Part shown: piece after piece, positions 20,415-29,024 of the stretch | Position numbering within the stretch: the stretch's first letter is position 1 | How the letters are laid out: every line of letters starts with the position of its first letter | Assembly (NCBI GenBank): GCA_965205655.1 | Contig: CBDBIJ010000018.1 | Span: forward strand, 1-35,777 | Direction: 5' to 3' | DNA from: Candidatus Latescibacterota bacterium | GTDB taxonomy: Bacteria > Latescibacterota > UBA2968 > UBA8231 | Length of the DNA: 35,777 nucleotides | Position numbers and translations under genes: made by a program | Notes under the pieces: model-generated | Seen by the model: the letters and a program-made list of their open reading frames with translations, nothing else | Database searches by the model: none | Told to the model about the DNA's origin: nothing

Positions 20415-21158
20415 CTACTGGCGCGCCCCTTCCTTGCTCTGCCCCGCCATGATCAAAGCGTTTGAAAACGCGTGCCCGTATATCTCCACTCGTTTCTTGT
20501 ACGCGTCTGCGCTGCCGGCCAGATACCGGTATGCCACGATCGTGGGGATCGCGACGACCAGCCCCACGGCGGTCGTGCCCAGGGCCTGCGATATCCCATC
20601 GGCTACCACCCTCGGATCTCCGGTCCCGGACGTCGCGATGGACTCGAACGCGATGATCATTCCTATAATCGTTCCCAGCAATCCCAGCAGTGGACTGATA
20701 TTCCCGATGGCGTTCAGCACCGACAGATGCTTTCCCAGGTATCCGCGCAACGACTCCTCTGTCTCGATCACCAGTTCATCCTTCAAGTCCGTCAAAGCCT
20801 TCTCCATCACCAGGAATTTCCCTACCTGGTTGCCCCCTCCGGCCTCTGAAAGACGTATGATCTCCTCGTGCGTCCCCTGGAATTCCCGCTGTTCAATCAT
20901 CAGGACGTCGTAGCGCTGCAAGAGCGAGCCGAACATATAGTTGAGAGCCCCCCGCCCCTGATTGCACTCCTCAATCACTGCTTCCTCTCCCCTGTTGACC
21001 AGCGTGGTTTCCGCCCGTTCCAGCTCCTCCTGGGCCCTGTCGGTGCTAGGAAAGTGACGGAACATCCAGAAGCGCTCTATGATAAGGGCGAGGGATAAGA
21101 CGGCACACCCGATGAGGGGCACCATCACCGGCCCCCCGCTCATTATGACCTCTAGCAT
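20415..21158 (-). CDS. MotA/TolQ/ExbB proton-channel family protein
   Basis: GGPVM..IIERF; PLLGLLGTIIGMI; GISQAL-x-TTA-x-GL-x-VAIP; AAGGAG RBS. Confidence 0.93.
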   Translation of the reverse strand: MLEVIMSGGPVMVPLIGCAVLSLALIIERFWMFRHFPSTDRAQEELERAETTLVNRGEEAVIEECNQGRGALNYMFGSLLQRYDVLMIEQREFQGTHEEIIRLSEAGGGNQVGKFLVMEKALTDLKDELVIETEESLRGYLGKHLSVLNAIGNISPLLGLLGTIIGMIIAFESIATSGTGDPRVVADGISQALGTTAVGLVVAIPTIVAYRYLAGSADAYKKRVEIYGHAFSNALIMAGQSKEGARQ

Positions 21159-21373
21159 CTGCCTTACTCCTTTGGTAGATTTGGCTTGTTGCCTCCTCTA
21201 CCTCTCTGGCGTGTGGTCCTCTCATGGAGCGCTTCTAAAGGCGCCTCGTTGAGGGGATGAGAGAGAACCATACGCTGTTTCTTATGCCACGGCTAATTTG
21301 AGACAAGACGTAGCTGAGAGCAATCCCGTGTCAAGCTCTCCCCGGATCCAACGCCCGGGGTGTCGTCCGGCGC

Positions 21374-23153
21374 TCAGCTATTGGGAGTGAGCCTCAGACG
21401 GCGGCTCACCTGACTCCAACCTTCGGCGAAAGGCCCCACTGGGACGTCGTCTCTAGAATACGAACGACCGAAGTAGTCGAGACTCAACAGCTCGTGCCGG
21501 ATTACGGCTGGAACCCCGTCGGTCGCCGACGACCAGTCCAAACGCTGATCTTCAGGATCGATCGTCAGGTCGAGCTGGAGCGTGGCGCTGTTGGCGTCCA
21601 GTCCGGACTTCTGCCAGTCGTCCAGGCTGAAGTCCTCGCCCATCCCGGAGAGGATGTTGTAGTCGGAGACATTCTCCATTTTTTCGTAGTCGAATGCCAC
21701 GCCACACCGCACGAGGACGTTGTTGATGACGTGGTTGTCCTTGCAGACCCCCACTCGGTCCCGGGTCGGCGTCTTGCGCATGTGGACCCCGGCGTGGTCG
21801 CAATTGACCACCAGATTGTGAGCGATCAGCAGCTCGTCACAGTCCCGTGCGTATAGGCCGCTGCCCACGGACACGTTGTAGATGACGTTGTGGTCGATCA
21901 TGTTTGGGATGTTCGATGCCTCGAAGAAGATCGCTCCGTTGAAGGACGCGATGTCGTGCAGGAGATTGCGGCAGACGCGGGAATTCTGGTTGGCGAAGTC
22001 GATCCAGATGGCAGGAGAGGCAACGATGTCGTGAATGTGATTGCACTGCACCACGGTGTCGGTCAGGAGGAGGATCTTGATGCCCGCCGTCTCCTGGTAG
22101 ACCTGCACTTCCTGCCAGCCGCAATGGTGAATGTGATTGTCGGCCACCAGGCTCCGGGGGACGACGGTGCCCTGAATGCCTCCGGTGCCGCAATCGTAGA
22201 CGTGGTTGCGCCGGACGATATGATCGCCCGTTTTGTCTTCTAGCGTATCCCGGTTTTCATCCTCCAGGCGCTCGTCGGTGTATCCGCCGATCTCGATGCC
22301 CACCGAATTGATGTGACGGACCGTGTTGTCCTCGATGATCCAGTGGTGGCCACCCCACACCGCCAGGGCGCCATTCCCGGAACGGATAAAGCCGTTGCCG
22401 GCATGCTCGAAGGTCAATCCCGCGACGCGGATGTACCCCAGGCCCCTTACCAGAGGATTGAACAGAAACTGCTGGGTCGTTGCCTCGATCTCACAGGTGT
22501 TGGGATTGCCGCGGTCGAAGAGGCTGACGAATAGCTGGAGTTCCGCTGCGTCGATCCAGAACGTGCCTGGGGCCCGGGGGGAGGTCATCGCGGGTACCGA
22601 GCTGAGTCAAACGGCGACCGTCATGGAACACCACGGCCCGAGGCAATGAGTGAGGGACCATTCCCTTGGACCCACGCGCCCAGCGCATGAGCTCGAAGTC
22701 CTCGTCGGTGGTGTTGATGACGGCAAAGGGGTGATCGCCTTCGAAAAAGGCCTCGGGCAGCTCCGTATTCCAGACACTGACTGAATGGGGCGGCAGCTCA
22801 TTTGTCCAAACGCTGCTCAACACCTCGGAGCCGCGGATGATGGCCTCGGCGCCCGCTGCGGTCTCATAGCTGATCATCCCATCCGCCCCCGTGCCGCCGC
22901 GTCGAGGTTGGACCAACTCGCGGTAGATGCCCGACTTGATCAGGACTCTTTCAGACGGCCCGACGACCTCTGCGGCCGCCTGAATCGTGAGAAAGGGCGT
23001 CTCTTCCGTGCCCGGATTGTCGTCCGCCGCCCCGGGATGCTGCTGATCTACATAGTACACCTTCTGGTAGTCGGTCTCATCCTGCCAGATCTGAAACTCC
23101 GTCCCGTCCGGAAGAAGGATCGGTGAATCCTGGGTGTTCGATTGCGTGGTCAT
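21374..23153 (-). CDS. Right-handed parallel beta-helix protein (DUF1565/GH120-like N-terminus), copy 1; frameshift ~22590
   Basis: DDNPGT..PFLTIQAAA..GIYRE.V.P.RGG..ISY; WIIEDN, repeated N-x-IH strands; two ORFs join. Confidence 0.8.
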
Positions 23154-24954
23154 ATCTGACCGTCTCTCCCATCATCTGTTAAGCGGTTCAGGACAAGCTT
23201 CAGTCGGCGGCACACCTGGCTCCAGCCTTCGGTGAAAGGACCCACGGTGACTTCATCTCCGGGATACGAGCGACCGAAGTAATCGAGGCTCAACAGCTCG
23301 TCTCGGATCACCGTCGGGATCGCGGTCTCGGATGACCAGGCCATACTCTGGTCCTCGGGATCGATCGTCATATCGAGGTCAAGGGCCGTGGTGCTGTGGG
23401 TATCCAGGCCCGACTGCTGCCAGTCGCCCAGGCTGAAGTCCTCGCCCATTCTGGAGAATGGTGTTGTAATCGGAGACATTCTCCATGACTTCGTAGTCAA
23501 AGGCCACCGAGCACTGCACGATGATGTTGTTGATGACGCGGTTGTGCTTGCAGAGGCCCACCCGGTCCCGGGTCGTCGTCTTTCGCATACGAACCCCGGC
23601 AAAACTGCAATTCAGTACCAGATTGTGGGCAATCAGCAGCTCGTCACAGTCCCGCTGATAGATGCCGCTGCCCACTTCCACGTTGTACGACGATATTGTG
23701 GTCGATCAGGTTGAGGACATTCGATGCCTCAAAAAAGATCGCCCCGTTGGAAGCGGTGATGTCGTGCAGCAGATTCCGGCATACCCGCGAATTATGGATC
23801 TGAAAATCGATCCAGATTCCGGGAGCAGCAAGACAGTGGTGAATGTGATTGCACTGCACCACACAGTCGAGCGCGTAGAGGATCTTGATACCGGCCGTCT
23901 CCAGATAGGACTCCACTTCCTGCCAGCCGCAATCGTGGATGTGGTTGTCAGCCACCAGACTCCGCGCAACAACGGTTCCCTGAATGCCGCCAATGCCGCA
24001 ATCGTATACATGATTGCCCCGCACCAGGTGGTCGCCCGTGGTCCTCAACAGCTCCTCCCGAGACGGCCCCCTCCTATACTCGTCGGTATACGCGCCGATT
24101 TCGATCCCCACAGAATTGATGTGACGGACGGCGTTGTCCTCGATAATCCAGTGGTTCCCTCCCCACGTCGAGACGGCGCCTTTTCCGGAACGAATGAACC
24201 CATTGCCCGCATGCTCGAAGGCAAGCCCCTTGATCCGGATGTAGCCCAACCCCTTCACCAGCGGGTTGAACAGAAACTGCCGCGTCGTCACCTCGAATTC
24301 CCAGGTAGTGGGGTTCCTGCGGTCGAAGGGATGGACGTGCAGCCGGTGGTTCTCCGTGTCGATCCAGAAAGCACCGGGGATCCGGGACAACACATCACAC
24401 ATGGCAAGCTGGGTCAGGCGTCGGCCGTTCTGGAAGACGATGGCACGGGGCAACGTGTGCGCGACCTCTCCTTTGGACCAACGGGCCCAGCGCATGACCT
24501 CGAAGTCCTCTTCGGTGGTGTTGACCACGGCACAAGGATGATCGCCTTCGAAGAACGCCTCGGGCAGATCCGCCATCCAGACACTTGGCGATCTGGCCGA
24601 GTCCGAATTCGTCCACGTCGCGCTCAGCACCTCGGAACCGCGGATGATGGCATCGGCGCCCGGCGCCGCCTCATAACTGATCATCCCATCCGGCCCCGTG
24701 TCGCCGCGGCGAGGTTGGACCAACTCGCGGTAGATGCTCGACTTGATCAGCACCTTCTCACGCGGCCCGACGACCTCGGCGGCAGCCTGAATCGTGAGGA
24801 AGGGCGCCTCTTCGGTGCCCGGATTGTCGTCGGCCGCCTCCGGATGCTGCTGATCCACGTAGTAGGCCTTCGCGTACTCCGTCTCGTCGTGCCAGCGCTG
24901 GAGCTCCGTTCCGTCCGGAAGACGGATCGGTGAATCGTCATTCGGCATCGTCAT
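23150..24954 (-). CDS. Right-handed parallel beta-helix protein, copy 2; frameshifts ~23695 and ~23455
   Basis: Collinear and highly similar to copy 1; three ORFs join; stop overlaps copy 1 start (ATGA). Confidence 0.8.
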
Positions 24955-25110
24955 CTGTTCCCACCTCTCCCATCATGTTGGAGCCCGTTGCCAAACCCTA
25001 TTTGGCCTGAGGCAGCGCCCATGCGGCCGATCTCAGCGTTGTGCTCACCAGCCGCATCTGCCGAAGCTGCTCGCCCTCAGAGCCAAGGAGCGTTTTCCGA
25101 GTAGCGGTCT

Positions 25111-27138
25111 TCAGGTGTCCGCGTCGTTGACCTTCCAGTTGGGGCAGGAGATATCCCGTCTCCTGATGGGTGCATAGATCTCCTTGCCCTTCGGGTATGG
25201 GGTGTCCTGTGAATAGATGAGCAACTTCCCCTCGTGCGTCAATACAATCTCGTCCCGGGCATCGCCCGTCAGGTCGAGCGGCCGTGCCTGTCCCCGATAA
25301 GGCCAGTAGGGTTGTCCCGGCTGGGCGGTTGGCGCGTCTTCAGGGAATACGACCACCTTTCGACCGTATGCGTCGTACATTCCCAGGGTCTGCAGTGAGC
25401 TGCTGAGGAGCATCAGTTCCTGGCCATCCCCCGTCCAGTTCACGGCCGGCCCGCCCTCGCAGATATTGTCGGGTTCAAACGAGAAAAGCTGCTCCCCCGT
25501 CCCGCTGAAGAGAGTCATCACACCGTAGGTGTCCCAGCGGTCGCCCACCCACATTTCCAATCCGGGAAGGTCGGGCCTGAAGTTCCCGGCGTGCACGCCT
25601 TGTGCATGCCCCACCCGGTGACGCCGCAGGACCGCTCCATTCCTCGCATCCACCAGGATGAACCCCTCGCTGCTGGCGGCCATGCCCACTTCGGGGCCGT
25701 TTTCCTCGTCCCCATCCAACTCTCCGAAGGCGGCGTGATCCACGTGTTCGCCCATGAGCTCGTGGTAGACAGCGCCCTCCATATGCCACAGGAGACTGCC
25801 GTCGTCGTCGTACAGGTCATAGCCGGGCAGTACCTCATCGCGACCGTCGCCGTCCACATCCCAGAACCAGATATACATCCCGTACCAGGGACCATCTGTA
25901 TGCTGTCGCCACATGAGGTTCAGATCGTGATCGTAGGCCCAGATGGTAGCTCCGCTTGCCCCCGGCATTCCATCCCGGAGGATGAGATCCTGAGGACCGG
26001 GATGGCCGCGCAAGTTGCAGGCGTAGAGCGCGCCGCATGAGTTCAGATAGGCTTCCGTCAGGCGCGTGCCCCTGGGTCCGAGAAAGGGGCCGCATTCGGG
26101 CAGAGGAGCCTCCGCCTTCAACTCGCCGGTAACGGCGTTTGTTATGGAGATCCTGTCGCCGCTCGCCGAGACCAGTTCCTGCACCCCGTCTCCGTCTATG
26201 TCCTCCATGATCGTCAGCTTCTTGGAAAGCGTCTTGAGGTGTGGATAATCCTGCTCCCAGACCTGCTCTCCGTCCAGATTCAGCACCTTGATGCGGGGCA
26301 CATCGTCCGGCTCCGAGGGATCCTGCAGGAGCAGCAGCTCTGTCTGGCCGCTCCCCCGGACGTCCCCGAACACGCTGGGCCCACCGCCAAATGCCTCGGT
26401 ATCAATCTCCTTCCACGCTACCATCTTGGGGTACTTCTCACGCTCGGCCGCCACGTCCTTCTCGGCTCTACTCCTCGTGTCTACGAACGTGGCGTGCTGA
26501 GATTCCGTTGCTGCTACCCGTATGTCGTAGAATCGGGCCCGGGTGCACGTCCGAATGCCGGCACGGCCGGTTTTGTAGACGTCATCGTCGACGACCATAC
26601 ACCGCTCATCGTCGAAGAAGCAGGTGATGAGCGTGCCGCGGCATTCCACTTTGAGGTGATGGTAAGAGGACCGATCGATCCCAACGGCTATCTCATCCAG
26701 CACGTGATAGTTCGCGTGCTCCCTCCGGTAGAGGACTATCCGGTCGTATCCCTCAATGCAGAGGAAGTAGTACTGCCTGAGGCTCCGGTACCTGAACATC
26801 AAGCCGCTCCGGCCCACAAAGCTGTGGTAGTCGTCCAGACTGGGCTGGCTGAAGGCGGTGATCTGCCGGACATAGGCCTCCACCGTGTAGTCTCCCCAGA
26901 GCACATCGCCCGTGACCAGACACCTGTCCGGCTGACTGTAATGGTCGAGCACGGGCTTTCCGTCTTCCTCCACCACGCGCAGCAGACTCGGCCTCTGTCG
27001 GCCTATGGAGGCCAGCGGGCATTCCCATTTCGGGAAGTACGCTTCCTCGATGCTCCAGTCGCTATCCGTCGGATCGAATACGATCCCCTCTGGACATCCA
27101 GAGAGATCGATCTTTGCAAGAACGACCTCGTTCATCAT
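25111..27138 (-). CDS. ConA-like (DUF1080-like) domain fused to FG-GAP/rhamnogalacturonan-lyase-like beta-propeller (675 aa)
   Basis: GD..WGDYTVEA..GLMFRY..G.AG N-domain; DIDGDGVQE, DVDGDGRDE, DLTGDARDE Ca-binding motifs, HVD, GHAQ; ATG 27138 with GGAGGAGG RBS. Confidence 0.75.
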   Translation of the reverse strand: MMNEVVLAKIDLSGCPEGIVFDPTDSDWSIEEAYFPKWECPLASIGRQRPSLLRVVEEDGKPVLDHYSQPDRCLVTGDVLWGDYTVEAYVRQITAFSQPSLDDYHSFVGRSGLMFRYRSLRQYYFLCIEGYDRIVLYRREHANYHVLDEIAVGIDRSSYHHLKVECRGTLITCFFDDERCMVVDDDVYKTGRAGIRTCTRARFYDIRVAATESQHATFVDTRSRAEKDVAAEREKYPKMVAWKEIDTEAFGGGPSVFGDVRGSGQTELLLLQDPSEPDDVPRIKVLNLDGEQVWEQDYPHLKTLSKKLTIMEDIDGDGVQELVSASGDRISITNAVTGELKAEAPLPECGPFLGPRGTRLTEAYLNSCGALYACNLRGHPGPQDLILRDGMPGASGATIWAYDHDLNLMWRQHTDGPWYGMYIWFWDVDGDGRDEVLPGYDLYDDDGSLLWHMEGAVYHELMGEHVDHAAFGELDGDEENGPEVGMAASSEGFILVDARNGAVLRRHRVGHAQGVHAGNFRPDLPGLEMWVGDRWDTYGVMTLFSGTGEQLFSFEPDNICEGGPAVNWTGDGQELMLLSSSLQTLGMYDAYGRKVVVFPEDAPTAQPGQPYWPYRGQARPLDLTGDARDEIVLTHEGKLLIYSQDTPYPKGKEIYAPIRRRDISCPNWKVNDADT

Positions 27139-27163
27139 CGGTAACCCTCCTCCATGTCCGTAA

Positions 27164-28592
27164 CGCTTTGTCCCGATCTTAGTTGAAACAGCACAGGCTC
27201 CAATCGTTACGTTTTGATACGAGAAGCCCGTTGGAAGAAGTCTCGCATCGGTAACGATGGGGAGCCTGCAATGAGCAAGCTGGTAGCACGGAAGAAGGGC
27301 GTCAAACGAACGGTGAGCATCGGCAAGGTAGCACCCGAGACTGCAGAGCAAGTAGAGGATCTGGATGGCCGGATCGAGGCGATCCAATGGCTGATTCCCT
27401 TGGGGCTGCAGGCGGTCGCGGAGGAGCTGCAAAGAGCGGTCGTTGAGTTGGCTGGGCCGCGGTATCAGCGCAAGGGGTCGGATCAGCCGTTACGCCGCTG
27501 GGGGTCTCAGCTCGGGTCGGTGTACCTGGCCGACCAGAAACTACCCGTCGATGTGCCGCGGGTGCGCAACGTGGCCAACCATACCGAGGTCCCGCTGGAT
27601 GTTTACCAGGCACTGCAGACGCCTCGACAGATGGACGAAGGTCTGCTGTTGCGGATGCTGAAGGGCATCGCCACGCGCAACTACGAGGCCTGCGCTGAGG
27701 CCGTACCCGAGGCCTTTGGTCTGTCATCCTCATCGGTGTCCCGTCGTTACGTGAAAGGCACGGCTCGAAAGCTGGCTGAATTCCAGGAGCGATCCCTGGA
27801 AGGATATGATCTGGTGGCGCTATTCCTCGACGGCAAGAGCTTCGCGGACGAGGAGATCATCATCGCCCTGGGCGTCACCCTCGACGGACAGAAGATTCCT
27901 CTTGGCTTCGTGCAGGCGGCCACGGAAAACGAGCGCGTCTGCCGTCGCTTCCTGTCCGATCTGGTCGAACGCGGTATGCAGTACGAAGCCGGACTGTTGG
28001 TCGTCATCGACGGCGCCAAGGGGCTTTACAAGGCGGTGATGTCGGTGCTCAAAGGACATGCCTGCGTGCAGCGCTGCCAGTATCACAAGCGCCAGAACGT
28101 CGTGTCGTATCTGTCCAAGAGCGAGCAGTCCGGTATGGGTCGCAAGATGGAGGCGGCCTACGGCAAACCGAGATACGAGGCGGCCAAGGCGGCACTGGAC
28201 GCGCTCAAACCGGGCTTGAAGTTGATGAATCAGTCCGCCCTACACAGCCTCGAGGAAGGCATGGAAGAGACCCTCACACTCCATCGGTTGGGACTGACGC
28301 CGATGCTCAAGGATTCCTTCCGCACCACCAACTGCATCGAGAACGTCAACAGTCTCCTGGAGCAGCTCACACACAACGTGCGACGCTGGACCAACTCATC
28401 ACAGCGTCACCGTTGGGTAGCCACGGCACTGCTCGACATCGAACCACGTCTGCGCAGGGTCAAGGGCTATCGCCATCTGCCGATGCTCCGGCAAGCCATA
28501 CAAGCCGAACTCGGCATCAAACAGCTCGCGATGATGGGCTGACACACTCACCAGAGCCTGTGATTTGTTTCAACTGAAACTGGGCCTTGACC
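27164..28592 (+). mobile_element. IS256-family element, copy 1
   Basis: Ends set by comparing both copies: CGCTTTGTCCC...AGTTGAAAC and GTTTCAACT...GGGCCTTGACC (imperfect IRs). Confidence 0.92.
27271..28542 (+). CDS. IS256-family (Mutator-type) transposase
   Basis: LFLDG, IDGAKGL, QRCQYHK, RTTNCIE-x-x-N DDE motifs; ATG with GGGGAG RBS. Confidence 0.93.
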   Translation: MSKLVARKKGVKRTVSIGKVAPETAEQVEDLDGRIEAIQWLIPLGLQAVAEELQRAVVELAGPRYQRKGSDQPLRRWGSQLGSVYLADQKLPVDVPRVRNVANHTEVPLDVYQALQTPRQMDEGLLLRMLKGIATRNYEACAEAVPEAFGLSSSSVSRRYVKGTARKLAEFQERSLEGYDLVALFLDGKSFADEEIIIALGVTLDGQKIPLGFVQAATENERVCRRFLSDLVERGMQYEAGLLVVIDGAKGLYKAVMSVLKGHACVQRCQYHKRQNVVSYLSKSEQSGMGRKMEAAYGKPRYEAAKAALDALKPGLKLMNQSALHSLEEGMEETLTLHRLGLTPMLKDSFRTTNCIENVNSLLEQLTHNVRRWTNSSQRHRWVATALLDIEPRLRRVKGYRHLPMLRQAIQAELGIKQLAMMG

Positions 28593-28815
28593 CCGTCTCC
28601 GAGTATTTATAGCTTGCTTCTACGTGCGTCCCATTGTGAGTCTGGCTCTGGATAAAGTGCATGCGTGAGTTGTCATCTGAATGATAAAACTCTGAGAGCT
28701 CAACCGGTCGCCCATTTAGCGGTTCACCGTGCCGATGGTGCCCATCTGTCTTCTGCTCGCTGGGAAACAATTCGTGCGACAAATCAAGTATGCGGTATTT
28801 GGATAAGTCTATCAT
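28593..28815 (-). pseudogene. Cyclase/kynurenine-formamidase family 5' fragment cut by IS256
   Basis: ILDLSH start and HNGTHVE motif; frame runs into the IS end. Confidence 0.8.
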
Positions 28816-29024
28816 TGCGTAATGCCTTTCTTAGGGTTGAACGGAGCTGAGAGATGCTTCCGTCGCAGCAATACTGATGAATCCCTCGCGTCTCATCAAA
28901 TCAGACCTCGCCTCGTCGCGGAAAGTCACAATTTTCTTCTGCGTCCGTTTTTTTCTACTGTAATGAGTGCGGTGCCATCGTTTATCGCTGAGTGACAGTA
29001 AACAGCCATTGAAAGGGATTGAGG

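Noticed and set aside
21272..21290. Possible sigma54 promoter (TGGCAT...GC) upstream of the exbB-like gene
   Set aside because: GG-to-GC spacing is 11 nt rather than the required 10. A TTGACA at ~21329-21334 (minus) has only a weak -10.
27139..27432. N-terminal extension of the 773-aa ORF
   Set aside because: Mostly antisense IS256 sequence; a strong RBS supports the start at 27138.
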